From Eledone cirrhosa (Eukaryota): a stretch of 64,000 nucleotides of DNA. The stretch spans positions 31,186,001 through 31,250,000 of the forward strand of contig OZ024743.1 in assembly GCA_964016885.1 (NCBI GenBank), written 5' to 3'. How positions within the stretch are numbered: the stretch's first letter is position 1; every line of letters begins with the position of its first letter. A program made the position numbers and the translations under genes. The notes under the pieces were generated by a model. It was not told the DNA's origin, searched no databases, and saw nothing but the letters and a program-made list of their open reading frames with translations. Below are positions 11,455-25,207 of this stretch, piece by piece.

Positions 11455-14400
11455 TATACGTGGTTTTGTCTTTGCGCGTAATTGTTCTCAATTGTTCTCT
11501 GGATGGGGAGGGGTAAGAGGGGTGGAGGAGGGATGGTGTGAGGATTCCAGAGGCTGAGTGTGTATAGGTAGGGGTACGCACGTGTGTGTTGGTGTTTATA
11601 CGTGTTGTGGATGTAGGTGGCGTGGTTCAAAAAACATTGTGAGTGTATCCCGTGGGTAAGTTCCTAAGGTAATTCGAGGAGTGGGCGATGAGGTGCCGGA
11701 TATTTTTCATGTTATGGAGTGGATAGCTGGAACGATGAGCGGTGGTGTGTAATTCCTGTCTGTGGTGGTCGGAAGTGGGGAGATGTGGGGTGCGGGCGCA
11801 GCAGGAAGTGTTCAGAGGGTCAAGGCAGGATGAAGGCAGAGCAGTAGAGGAGAATAACAGGTGGAGAAAGTCAGTGTGTGGTGAGGACTGTGCGTCTGTG
11901 TGTGGAGGTGCGTTGGACAGGGGAGAAGATGGGTAGGTGTGAAAGGTGGAGTTGGGAGGGGGTCATGTGAGGGATGGGGCATGTATTAGTAGAGGTGTTA
12001 GTGAGATGTGTGTGTGTGTGAAGGGGTGTGGGTGGAGCGGGAAGAGGGAGTGGGAGAGAAAAGCTATGGGATCGGTGGAGGGAGTGGAGTGTACTTATGT
12101 GTGTGTGCGTGTTTGGATGAGTTTGTTTGTTGTAAAGGGGGTGTTAGTGAGTGTTAGTATACGGGTCGTGGGGAAAGGGTTGAATGCGGGTGTGTTAGTG
12201 GGGGTTAGTGGTGGTTGGGGTGTAGAGTGGGTGGGGTTAGTGGTGGTATTAGTGCGTGTATATAGGTGGGTGTGTGCGTGATAGGGGGAGGGCTGGGGGT
12301 GTTAGTATTGTTAGTTGGGGGAGCGTGGACGGGGGTGGGGTGGGGGTGATAGTATTGTTAGCTACGGGGTGGGCCAAGAGGGCGGGCGGTGAAAAGGAGG
12401 AGTGTGTTAGTGGTGTTAGTGGGGGATATGTGTGTGTGTGTGTACGGGCAGGGCGGTTGAAGGCTAAAGGAATAGGGGTGGGGAGTTCAGGCCGGGGTGA
12501 GTGTGGGTCTGTAGGTTGAAGATGGTGTGTTGTTCTACCGTGAGGCGGGTGGCGGGTGTTCTTTGGCATTGGAGTAGGCCACAGACTGTGAGGTGGTGGG
12601 CGGAATTTTTAGGGGAGCCAAAGTTGCGAGCGTTGGGGGAACTCCGGCCGAGACGAATATCCCGGAGGTGTTCAGTGAAATGGTCAGCCAGGCGACGTCC
12701 AGTCTGTCCGACGTAGGTTGCGCTGCACTCCGTGCAGGAACTCAATAGACTAGGTTGGAGGAGGTGCAGCGGAAGGCGTGCCGGGTGAGAGAGAGTGGCT
12801 GTTGGGACCCTGGAAGGTGGTGGTGTTGTTGATGTGGGGGCAGGTGTAGCAACGAGGCCTGGAGTAGGGAGGTGAACCGGGGGTAAAGAGCGTGGGTTTA
12901 GGGGGCAGGGAGCTGCGGACGAGGAGGATACGGAGTTTGCGTGCGCGTTTGTAGGAGGGGAGAAGTGGGGCTGGGAATATGTAGGAGGTGGAGGGGTGGG
13001 ACTGGAGGGGGCGGAGGATGCGGAGGATGGAGCGGTGGAGGGGTAGGGTAGAGGGGTGGTAGTGGATGGGGAAGGGGAGACGGTGGGTGGGTATGCGGTG
13101 GCGTGGGGTGAGGGTGGTGGAGCGGTGGACAGCACGGGCGCGAGTGAGGGCGGTGTGGACGAGGGAGGGGGTAAGCTCTGCGAATGAAATGGCTGACTAG
13201 GAAAAGGGCCTGGGACTCAAAGTCAGCATCTCGGCTGCAAAGGCTGCGGATCCGGAGGAGTTGGGAGTAGGGATAGAGTGGTTTGTGTGTATGGGTGGGA
13301 GGAGGTGAAGTCGAAGTAGGAGTGGGAGGAGGTCGGTTTGAAGAAGGTGGAGGTGACGAGGGAACGGTGGGCGGTGTGGTGGCGACGGAGATGTCTAAGA
13401 ACTGGACGTGGGTGGTGGAGATAGAGGTGGTGAAGTGGTGCGAGGGGTGGAAGGAGCAGAAGAAGGAGAGAAAGGAGTCGAGCTGTTCGCGGGTGAGGGT
13501 CGTGGCTCCGATACTGTCGTCGATATAACGACTGTACAGTTCGGGCGTGGGGTCGCTGTACTGGGCAAAGATTTGGGCCTCAACATGGCCAACGAAAAGG
13601 TTGGCATAATTTGGGATCATTCTCTTGCCCATGGCTACCTCCGTGACCTGTTGGTAAAACTCACCCGAGAAGAAGAAGCAGTTGAAGGTGAGGACCAGCT
13701 CGGCGAGGCGAAGGAAGATGGAGGGTGTAGGTGATGGGGGAGGGGCCAAAATCGAGGTAGTGCCTGAGGGCACGTAGGCCGTCAGCGTGGGGGATGATAG
13801 TATAAAGCGACTTGATATCTAGGGTGAAGAGGAGGGCGTGTGAGACGCGTGGGAAAGTGAAGGAGTCGAACAGTCGAAGGGCGTGGTTGGTGTCGGAGAT
13901 GTGGGAGGGGAGGGTGGTGGCGAGGAGGGCGAGGATCGAGTAAATAATGGCGGTGATGAGTTCGCTGGGGCAGTTGCAAGTGGAGACGTTGGGGCGGCCG
14001 GGGTTGTCGGGTTTGTGGAGTTTGCAGAGTAAGTAGATAGTAGTGGTGCGGGGGTGCGGACGATGAGGTGGGAAGCGGTGGGAGGGAGGAGGCAACTTGT
14101 TGTTGGTAGAGGGGTGTGGTGTCAGAGGGTAGCGGGCGGTAGAACAGGCGGTTACGGACCTGCCTGAGGGCTTTTGCCGTGTAGCGGTCAGCGCGTCAAA
14201 CCCCCACGGCGCTTCCCTTGTCCGCCGGTTTGATGACGATGTCATCTCGGCTACGGAGAGAGCGGAGTGCGAGGAGTTCGCCCCGTGAGATGTTATGCCG
14301 TTTGGACCGGTGGCGGAAGTCGAAGCGATTTAATGCGCTACGGCAGGCGTCCACGAATGTGTCCAGGGTTTTAAATTGCTCTGGTACCGGCATCGAAGAC

Positions 14401-14740
14401 GATGGTTCGGCCGAGGGCGAGAAACGGGTCTGGGGTGTTCGGAGCTGGTGGCGTTTGATGAAAATGTGCGGTGCACGAACCGCTCCTCTTCTGTTCAGGT
14501 GCGGAACTCGTTGCTGTGCGGAGTGTGGGGTATGAAGCGAGGGCCTCTACTGAGAAGTGAACGCTCAGGTGGGAAGATGGGGGTGTCAGGGGGTATGGTG
14601 ACAACACATGGGGAGGTAGGGTGAATTATGCTGTGGTAGGGGGTGAGGTGGAGAAGGGGTAGGGTTTGGTGGACGTGGGTGTGTGGTGGAGAGTGGTGGG
14701 GATGGATGGTAGTGGTGTATGGGGGTTACAGGGATGGGCG
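11455..14740 (-). mobile_element. Decayed Penelope-like element, Neptune-like (RT + C-terminal GIY-YIG)
   Basis: Minus-strand fragments DDIVIKPADKGSAV, KLHKPDNPGRP, LFTLDIKSLYTIIPH, FYQQVTEVAMG..PNYANLFV, YSRYIDD, QFLDISV, PYSQLLRIRSLCS, CTECSATYVGQTGRRL..EH, EQHTIFNLQTHTHPGLN. Frameshifted; long C-rich 3' region; ends approximate. Confidence 0.88.
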
Positions 14741-15207
14741 AAGCGTATATTTATAGTATTACAGTGTACGTGAATTTAAAAATTGAAACGTTAAAAATTA
14801 AAAGTTTGTTGAAGTGGGGGAATATCAACCCAGAATTTAAAAATTATTTAACTAAATCATGAGTTATAATATTATATATATAATCATTATAATTAGATTA
14901 TATGAAGAATTATGGTTGTAAGTACATTTTATCTTATTATATTACAACAGGTTGTAAGTATATACGTATCTATATAGATTATATGCTGTTATTTTTTATA
15001 GATATATAACACACGTATTAATTTATTTACATTTCTAATATAATTTACGAAGGATGTTGAGTTTACATTTTAAATATATAGTTGAGAAATAACATGTTGT
15101 ACATTCAAATAGATTCATCAAAAATTGAAAATATTTACAGAAAGTTATTAAGTTAGCGAAATTACATACAAGTTATTATGTCCATGACATTATTATTAGC
15201 GAATTTA

Positions 15208-15262
15208 TTAGGTAGAAGCGATCAATTAAATACCGTGGTATTAATTGATCGCTTCTACCTAA
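15208..15262. repeat. Perfect 22-bp-stem hairpin with 11-nt loop
   Basis: TTAGGTAGAAGCGATCAATTAA-ATACCGTGGTA-TTAATTGATCGCTTCTACCTAA. Confidence 0.9.
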
Positions 15263-15653
15263 CTTAATATTTAAAAATAAACGGTCACGCATCATGTCCC
15301 TCTTTTCTTCCTTTCTTTTCCTTATGCAATTATATATTCTATCATCTCTAACTCCTTCTCTTTGTTGTTTTTTATATTCATCTCCTTATCTGTTGTCTTT
15401 CTCTTCTATTTAGCTCTCTCTCTCATTTGTTTTTATTTTCTCTAATACGGATATTCACATATTTAAATATTTAAATATTTAAATATTTAACATGTATGTA
15501 CTTATGTGTTTATATAGTTATTTATTTTATTTATGTATTTATTTTTTCTACACTTTCTCCTACTGACCCTCTACATTATATTTAGTTTGTCATGTTAGTA
15601 CTTATTATATGTAACTATTGAATATTGTTGTAATTAATTGGAATTGAACCAGA

Positions 15654-16245
15654 TTGGAATTGAACCATCAGCACTGTTGAGGTATGTCATGCATCAATTT
15701 ATATATTTTATCTGATGAGAACGTACTGAAAAAAACAGCACAGTACCTGCGAAATATACATAATCAAATATATTTTGATTACGTGAATGTCTATATTTAT
15801 TAATATTTTGAATTAATATATATATATATTATTGATAATAATAATTATTATTCATAATAATAATAAATATATATATATTATTCATAATAATAATAAATGA
15901 AGACATTCACATAATCAAAATATGTTTTATTATATTTATTTCGAAGGTGCTGTGCTGTTTTTCAGTACGTTCTCGTCAGATAAAATACATGAATCAACTG
16001 TCTTGATAGTTCAATTCCAGTATTGGCAATACTGCCTCAACTGTCTTCATAGTTCAATTCCAGTATTGGCAATGATGCCAATACTGGAATTGAACTATCA
16101 AGACAGTTGAGGTATGTCAGACATCAATTCATGTATTTTACCTGACGAGGACGTACTAACAAAACAGCACAGTCCCTTCGAAATAAATATAATAAAACAT
16201 ATATTTTGATTATGTGAATGTCTTCTTTTATTATTATTCTGAATA
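15654..16245. mobile_element. Three ~165-bp hammerhead-bearing PLE-pLTR-like repeats (+,-,+)
   Basis: Cores CTGATGA 15712/GAAA 15751 (+), CTGACGA 15979-15973/GAAA 15942-15939 (-), CTGACGA 16142/GAAA 16180 (+). Copies 2 and 3 form a palindrome centred near 16073. Confidence 0.65.
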
Positions 16246-16379
16246 ATAATAACTCCAGAAAACTTATTGTAGAGTGCTTTTAATCTATTTTAAAACTATA
16301 TCCATTGAGTAATTAATGAACCATATCAATCATTGGTTATATATAAATATATAAATATATATATATCTGGCAGGTAAAA

Positions 16380-17085
16380 TTCCCCAGTTCTCTCCAGCAG
16401 TATCTGTATTTCATCATCGCCGCCTGTCCGCGAATCACAGAGATCAGTGTCTGTCCTTAGGGCATCAACATATTTCATCCCGGTCTCCCTCTCCCATTGT
16501 ATCTGTATAGGGACTCCCACAGGTCAACTCTGAATATTGGTCAGCATTTTCAGTTAAACTAAAACTAATCTGTGTCACATTCAAGCTGACTTTTGGGAGT
16601 CCACCGCATATCTCTGAATTCTTAATCCTTAGTGTATGTTCGGAGACATCCTCAGCATACTTGTGTAGCACTCAGCCCCCAACTGAGGGAGCCTCGTGGT
16701 CAGTGTCTAAGTTTCTAACTCGTACAGCAGCACAAATTCCACTGTAGTGAAGAAGAGACTGATCTTCAGTCTTTGTGAAGCTCCGACCTCCACACCGACC
16801 TCAAACTGCCACGGCACCAAGTATTTGTTCTTCCTCTCCACCACATCATCCTCTGTGTTCCCAATCTTTGCTCCCAGATACAGGAAGTCCAGAACCGGTT
16901 CTAGTCTTTTGCCGTCCACTTTCATAATCTTCTCTGTCTCCTCAATCTTCTCTACCAAACACTTCATCCCAGTCATTCTCAGCTTCACACTGATAGAGAC
17001 AGTCTACTCATCCCACATCAACTCCTCTGCCTATTTCAGTGTGTTTGTCACCAGAACAATCTCGTCAGCAAATTCAGCAAACGAT
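16380..17085 (-). mobile_element. RTE-like LINE 3' RT fragment, decayed
   Basis: FADEIVLV, KRLEPVLDFLYLGAKI, LKISLFFTTVEFVLLYELET motifs. Confidence 0.65.
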
Positions 17086-17515
17086 ATATATATACACACA
17101 CACACGCATTTATATATGTGTGTGTGTATGAGTGTATATATATATATATATATATATCATATATATATATATATGTTATATATGGAAGAGGGAGACCGGG
17201 ATGACATTTTTACACATATTATATAAAGCTATGCTTCAGGCGAAATAATTTCTTTCTATTAAAAGTTGAGCCAACATATGCAGCTTCATATGCAAAAGAG
17301 ATAATCACCTCATTTACACAGTTACACAGACGAGAAAACTATATATTCTCGGCTGTCTCCTAGTCCAGCAGTCGCAAGCGGTGGGAGGGATCGTCCTGAA
17401 ATGTATAGACGGTTGTCCCCCTTGCCTCTGCTGGACATCACTAGAGGGCGTTAGCCTCCCGGTGTTTGCATAGCTACGGCTTCCTAAAAACGTATTTCTT
17501 TAGAAATATGAAATT

Positions 17516-17625
<110 letters not shown>

Positions 17626-17780
17626 ATCAGAAATATTTAGTTGAAGTGGTATGGAGACGAAGCCGCAGACAGAAAATGTTGTCCTCTTCCACCCACCCAG
17701 TCGGTTATTTCAACGAATTCCTAACTATGCTATATAAAACATGTGTTGTAGTAGCTTTTGAAGCAAAGCTACTTTGGTAG

Positions 17781-17940
<160 letters not shown>

Positions 17941-19503
17941 TTAAAAGAATTGAGGTGTAACACACAAGTTATGATATATTGGTAAAAGGAAAAGAAAATG
18001 CTGACAAATTGTTCCCAGTGAAAAATAGTTTAATTAGGAATAAGTAAACATTAGTAATAGTATTGGTTAGTATTCAGTTTTGGTTTTAAGTATTACCGGT
18101 TGCGCAATTCTAATGCTTTTCAAAAATAATTTGAGTTCACACACATGTATGTTTGTCTTTATACGTATGTTTGTATATACAAACTTACGTGTATCTTGTG
18201 TGTGAACTTACACATTATATTTACATAGAAATGATGCAATATATAATCAGTAATCAGGCACTCGTCATCGTTTACTTCTTCGGCAATGCGACAGAACAAT
18301 TAGTTTAATAGATACATTCATCTGGTGCTTTGAACTATAACGGAAAATTGTATCTTTAGAAATCAATTAAGACACTTCTTTACGGTATAGGTGACAAGCA
18401 TTATGAACGGTTTCGATGGAATATAAAATAAAAAAAAGCAATCAGAAATATGCATAAGCACGCGTAATCATACATCAATTTAGAATTACAAATTAGAGTT
18501 ACTTCCTAGGGGTGATTAATATTTTTGTAGTCATCGTATGCACTGCACTTCTTATACTGTTTCATTTATTATGTATTTACTACTGTATACAATTATGACA
18601 TTATTTATATTAAATAAAATATATATATATATATAGTGGTAAAAAACTGGACGGTAAAATCCGTAGTGGTAGAGCACTCTGTTCATGGGACGAGTTAGGT
18701 AGAAGTGGTTACACAACAGTTAGTTCAGCATACCGAGAACAATTGTTTCTCCCAAGCGGATCCTCAGCTCGGAATGGGCATGGTTATATGGAACAGGAAG
18801 GACAGCCGTACGAACGCGCATGCTCAGAAACCGTCATTTCACACCGGCAATACTAAAAAGCGTGCGACAGGTGTAAGGAGATAACTGCGAAAGTCCGAAA
18901 AGTTTCTAGTTGATGAGAAAATTAGGATGTTGTTGTGATTCAATCCGGAGCTTTTTAGTCATGTATGAGGTGTTTCGAGACGTGTGGAAAACGTGTGAAG
19001 AATTCATTTCTCGTTTTTAAGCAATCGTGGAAATGGTTCTCGTGTGGTTAGATTTGTTGTGTATTTGTCTGTGTTTACTGTGTGTGTATGTGTGAAGTTT
19101 TTTTCATGGAGAAACAAATTAGGGATATTACAAATAGAAGGAGACCATGCTTATAAAATATCTGTCGTTCATTAACGTTTTAAAGGTATATGCCCGTAAT
19201 GAAAAGAACTTCGTTATTTTGTGAGAATTGTATCCAACTTCATATTCATGAAGATTGCTTTAGACAAGTGAACATTATTGTCAATTCCCGATAGGCAAAT
19301 TACTTCAGATGGATGGAGTTGAAAAGGTTATTAATAATATATATAAAAATAATAATAAAAGGATCCCAAACTATGGCAATAGCAGAACACAGATTATAAA
19401 CACACACAAACACACACACACACACATACACACACACGCACATACATATGTATATATATATATATGGATAAATGCATACATACATTTATGCAAACTACAT
19501 ACA

Positions 19504-19558
<55 letters not shown>

Positions 19559-19863
19559 GTTTGTTTCTTCGTTTCTTTCCCGTTTATTATATTTGTATTC
19601 ACTTCAATTTTGGCAAAATAGCAAAATGCTGACTAACTGTGTAACTATATTGCGACTGTTATTTTAGTATAAACTAATGATGTAGAACAAATAGTTGCAA
19701 ACACATTTATTTCTTTTATATTGCTTTGCTTAAAATAAGTATACGATAAATGAAGTAAATACTTCTAAATTCACATATGAGTAGGTACATATTTAAAGTA
19801 TTTTCAAGCACTCACCTCCCTCTGTGTCAATTGTCTGTCTAACCTGTTGACTTAAAACTCTTG

Positions 19864-19921
<58 letters not shown>

Positions 19922-19940
19922 TTGTAGATACAGACGCACA

Positions 19941-20010
<70 letters not shown>

Positions 20011-20124
20011 AACACACACACATATATATATGTATATATATCAACTAGAAATTGATTGACATATATATATATTTAACATAAACACATGAAACAATCACAG
20101 GGGATCCCCTGTGATTGTATATTC

Positions 20125-23100
20125 AAAGGAAGACGGCGAGACCATCTGCACAATGGACTCAATCGACAACCGGATCAGTTCCACACGTGACAGCAACTGT
20201 TCGACATAGCTCCACAAGTCAGCAATGCTCCATCACTGAGCGAGTACGTGCAGAACGGTTTCGTCGCAATGCGCGCATCTCGGACAGGCTCGGCTGACGG
20301 CACTTCCGTGCCTGTAGAGCTTATCTTGAACCGGCAGCGCTCCCCGGTAGCACTGCCAGGCCGGGAATTTTCGGAAGTTATCCATAGGCCCCGGGCTGAA
20401 AATTCTCCGGAAGAGAGCAAGCAGCTGATCTTCTTCGACGCCCAGGATCTCTCCGAGAACGTCGTCGCTCTTCCCCTCCACTAGTCCTCTATAGAACGCC
20501 GAGATGGATGTTCCACCGATACTGGTGCCCAACTGGGAGAGGGCAGTGAGCGCCTGGAGACATTCCCAGCGCTATCCCTCCGTCTTTTTCTGATCCAGGA
20601 CTGCAGCTCCGTCAAGGAGACGAGCTGTGGGAAAATGTGCCTGGAGAACGGCGACCACACCCGTTCACCATCAAAGAAGCACCAGAGATGTCGCAGCCTC
20701 AGCGCATGTTTGGGCATCATCAGCCATGGCATGCCCAGTCCTCCACGCAACGGGTGTTGACAGCAGATGGATCGTCTGACCTTGGGAGCGCGTCCCTTCC
20801 ACAAAAAGCGGAAGAGGAGGCGCTTCATTTTGGTGAGAGTTGGGCTGAAGCAAAGGACGACGGTGAGGCGGTAGCAGATGACGGATGCGATGTACGCATT
20901 CGCCACTTCCGCCCGGCCTTTCAGGGACAGCTTCCTCTCAGCCTATTTCTGGGTGATGGAGGCCACCCTGCTCGTCACTTCGTTCCAGTTTTTCTCCATC
21001 TGGGAGTCCGGTCCGAACCAGACCCCGAGCAATTCAACCGGTCGGTCGGTCCAACGCCCCACGACGCTGTCGGACGGCATGGACTTGCCTCTCCAGGTGC
21101 TTAGCTGCAAGCCCACCGACTTTTCCTGGTTTATCTTTGCTCCTGTCACCGTTTTGTATTCCTTGAGAGCGGTGGCGAGCATCTGGACGTGTCTGGTGCT
21201 CGACACCACCACGGTGACGTCGTCAGCGTAAGCCGACTCGCATTCCCCCATCCTAGTTTGCGTGGGACGCCCCTCATCGCCCCCAGTTTCTGCAGTAACG
21301 GCTCGAGAGCCAATACGTACAAGAGGGACGAGAGGGGACAACCCTGGCGGACTGAGCGCATGATGCTGAACGGCTACGACAGGTGACCGTTCACCATCAC
21401 AACTGAGCAGATGTCACTGTACATTGCTGCGATCCAACGCCTGAAAACAGGCCCGAAACCGGATGCCTCGAGGACCGCCGCCAGGTACCGATGGTCGACC
21501 CTATCGAATGCTTTGGATTGATCCAAGTTGATCAGGGTCCCACCCATGCCAGGTTCCTTAACCACCCTCTCTATGATGTATCGCATGAGGTGGAGGTTTT
21601 CGTGTATGGATCTGTCCGGGATGGCGCATGTCTGCGCCTCTCCCACCAGACCCTTGACGACAAGCGCCAACCTCGATGCTAACACCTTGGTCAAAATCTT
21701 GAACTCTGCGTTTAGCAGGTTTATGGGCCTGAAATTATCAATAACATCCCCCTTGTTTGGGTCTTTTCTCAGCAGCGCTACTATAAATGCATGAAGCTCG
21801 TAGGGCAGACCATCCAAACCTGGCGATTTACCTCTTGTGCAGTTAGCCATCGCTTCCCGTATTTCACCGGCTGTTATTGGCTTTTCGCAACACTGTGCTG
21901 CGGTCGTCGAGAGCCGAGGCAGTCCGTCGAGATATGCACTGAAGTCCATATCCCGATCCGGGCTGCCGCCGCTGCCGAAAAGTTCAGCAACGTGCTGCTG
22001 AAAAGCTTCACACATCCGCTCTGGTTCGAGCATCACGCACCCGTTTTGTTCAGACAAAGACCGAATTGTGGCTTTATTGCCACGTCGCGCCTCTGCCACC
22101 CGGGCCCATTGGACGCTTTTGTCCTCTCGTATTTCAGAGCACGCGCTCTAGCTCTGACAACACAGCCTTCGTGTTTTGCGTTGAAGAATTGGTCGAGTGC
22201 CAATCTCGCCGCAAGCACGTCAGTTGCGATGCCTGTCCTAAACGCCTCTTCTAGCTTTCTGACTAACTCTCCCTCTACTCTATTTCCCTCTATCACTACT
22301 CCTTTGCTAAACCTAATCGACTCTACTTTAATTGCCCTTTTCAGGGCGAACCACCACCTGTTGTTGACGACCGCTCCCGTCAACGCCCGCTTAACTAATA
22401 CGCTAATCCGGTCTCTGTAGGCCTTGCGCGACGGGAAAGACGCGTTCAGCTTCCAGTAACCAGGCCCTTGTCTATGAAGTCTGTCTATGTCGATCTCACA
22501 GATCACAAATTTGTGGTCTATGTAGTCGACTATTTTAAAATGTGGACAACTTATACTAACCTTATCTAGTTCCCTGCAGAATACCCTATCTAGATACGAT
22601 CTGGATGACCCGATGCAGTTTGTCCATGTCCACATTGGCACATTCGGGTGATCCAGTCGATACCTGTCAGACCGTTCAACACGTCTGAGCAGGTTGGTGA
22701 GGCTCTTGCACCCTCCTCCCCTATCCACTAGCCCCACACGATCCCAGCGTGCATCCAAGATACCGTTCCAGTCGCCCACTAACACTAAAGAGCGGGACGT
22801 TCCATGAAAGGTCTCTAGACGTCTGAAGAAATCTGGCCGTCCTGCCCCTGTTGGGGCGTAGACGGCTACTAGCCTGAAAGCATTGCCTTCGCTGCCGATC
22901 ACGTCCAGCACCACCGACTTACTTTCTGGGTCCAGGAAGATGGCCCGTATCGCGAGATCCAAGCCTCTCCGAAAAAGGACGGCAACCCCTCCCTCCGATC
23001 CTGGACGGCTGGGAGATGCGTATACATCGTAGCCGCCGAAGATCGGTGCGAAGGCCCGTGTCTCGGAGATTCTGGTTTCACTGATGGCCACCACATCTAT

Positions 23101-23193
23101 GTTTAGTGACCTGAGATCATTGAGCAGGTGACCCTGCTTCCAAGATGACCCCAGGTCACGTGCATTTATACTGCCTATTCTGAGTACAGCCAT
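20125..23193 (-). pseudogene. LINE A ORF2 (APE endonuclease-RT), frameshifted
   Basis: ORF pieces 22033-23229, 21374-22099, 21146-21361, 20943-21341, 20481-20906, 20233-20532. Confidence 0.88.
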
Positions 23194-23225
23194 GTTGGAT
23201 GAGAAACGGGGCAACTGAGAAAGGA

Positions 23226-25207
23226 TCACTTACATCGTTCGTGTGGTGAAGGGACAGTAGAGCCGTCCTTTTCGCTGGTCATGGGTGTTTCCAAGAGGAT
23301 GTCAGTGTATATCCTCTTGGTAACAGTTCCTCTGAACTCTCCAACTGCGTTGGTGAATTTTGGTTTTAAAGTTTTGTACTGTTCTAATGAGATTTCGATG
23401 ATGCTTATGTTTGTCGGGAGAGTTCTTGGTGTCGGTGGGGTGTAGTAATGTTTTTCCGTGATGTCTGTGTGCTGCTTTATATATTTTATGAGTTCTTTTT
23501 TTGCTATGTTTATGGCTGTGTACTTTTTGGGGGGCGTGGTGATTTTGTTGCGGTTTTCTTCTTGTTGCTGTTTGGTGTGTGTGTCTTGTTGTGTTTGCGT
23601 TGTTGGTGTTTGTGGTTGTGTTGCTGCAAGTTTCCTTGCTGCCTTTACCCCTCTTTGTATGCCTTCGCTTTTGGAGGGTGAATCTAAGGGTTTTTTTGTT
23701 TTTGTTTTTTGTTTTTTGTTGCAGACTGTTTGCTTCGTCACTCCCGCCTCAAACTCCATGTCGGATTCTGTGGCGTCTGGGAGGGGTATGTGCTCCACGA
23801 CTGTGGGTGGTGGTAGTGGAACCCTCTTTGTTGTTGGTGTAGCCATTGGTGTTGCCGCTACTGATGATGCTGCTGTATTTATCCGTGGCCTTGGTACGGG
23901 TGCTACGGACGTTGCCCTCCTACTCACCGTGGAAGGGGCTTCTTCGTTTGTTGCCTGTCCTGCTCTTGGTAGCAGCGGACCAGGTACTGGAAGGAGAGGG
24001 TCCCCCTTCGGTGTCTTCTGCGGGAAAAAGGCCCTGAGGTGACCTTTCGACCCACAGAGATAACATTTTGGCCGTCTTCCTTCTACACTTATAGGGAGTT
24101 GGAGTCCTTCCTCAAAGTCTATGATATAGGGGATAACCTCGATACATTCCTGGTCAGTTTGTATAAGCATGTGCATGCCTATACCTGACCAGCCAAGGTA
24201 GGGCACGTCGGGTGGGACCTGGGTCACTTTGACCCTCACAATTTTCTGCCCATAGTAGGAGGGCACCAAGACTAACTCCTCACTATTTACGGTTTCCAAA
24301 GAGTGAGACTTTGCTTCCTGGGGGGTGGCGAAAAGTATGTCTACTGTGGCGTACTTTCTGCCTCGGGTGATGTGGGATTTGCGTGCCCAGAGGCACCCCG
24401 AGGCCTTTTGGATTTGAGCCTCCGTGGCTCTCTCCACTCGATGTGAGATTTTTCTTACGGTGCGGTAAGTCACCGTTCGTAGCTGCTGGTCCTTGAAAAA
24501 ATCGGGTGGAGGTTTCAGGGAAACTCTATTTGCGCTTCTTGTCACCATGGCCCTTGCGACTGCCATCTCCTCCTCTGTGACTAACACTGTCTCGATATTT
24601 AGGGCAACACATGCAAAAGAAGTGGTCTCTTTTTCAGCAGCTCCACTATTGCTGCCGCTACTGGTCTTACTGGTGGTGTTGAGGTCCCTATTACAGGTAT
24701 CGGTGTCATTGTTGTTATTTTCGCTGGTACAGTTGTTGGTGTTGTTTTCGTTGATACTGTTGCTGATGTTACTGTTATTGTGGCTGTTGTTATTATTGTT
24801 GTTTTTATTGATAGTTTCCTACTATTATTGTTGTTGTGGCTGTTGTTATTGTCATTGTTATTGTCGTTCTCGACCTTACCGCTGTTATTTTTGTTATTGT
24901 CGTTCTCGACCTTACCGCTGTTATTTTTGTTATTGTCGTTCTCGACCTTACCGCTGTTAATTTTGTTATTGTCGTTCTCGACTTCACCGCTGTTATTTTT
25001 GGTGTTGTTGTTGGTGATGTTGTTGGTCTTATTGTTGGTGTTGTTTGTGTTAGAAATATTTGTTAAATCTGTAACAATCTTTTTTCCCTTTGTAATATTT
25101 TCGTTTATATTTACCTCCGCTGGAACGCTGTCTTGTTGACATGCTGATAAAGTTTCCCTCTCTCTGTGTTGTCTGACAGCGCTCTCTCTCATTTTTGTGT
25201 TATCCAT
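23226..25207 (-). pseudogene. LINE A ORF1 (gag-like; Asn/Thr-rich N-terminus, CCHC-like knuckle), frameshift near 24590
   Basis: ORFs 24599-25207 and 23226-24587; CYLCGSKGHLRAFF; homologous to ORF1 of copy B. Confidence 0.8.
24858..25000. repeat. 36-bp coding minisatellite x4 inside LINE A ORF1 (NNSGKVENDNNK)
   Basis: TTGTCGTTCTCGAC recurs at 24861, 24897, 24933 and 24969. Confidence 0.9.

Noticed and set aside
11700-14624. Plus-strand Gly/Val-rich ORFs
   Set aside because: Antisense frames of the C-rich Neptune-like PLE.
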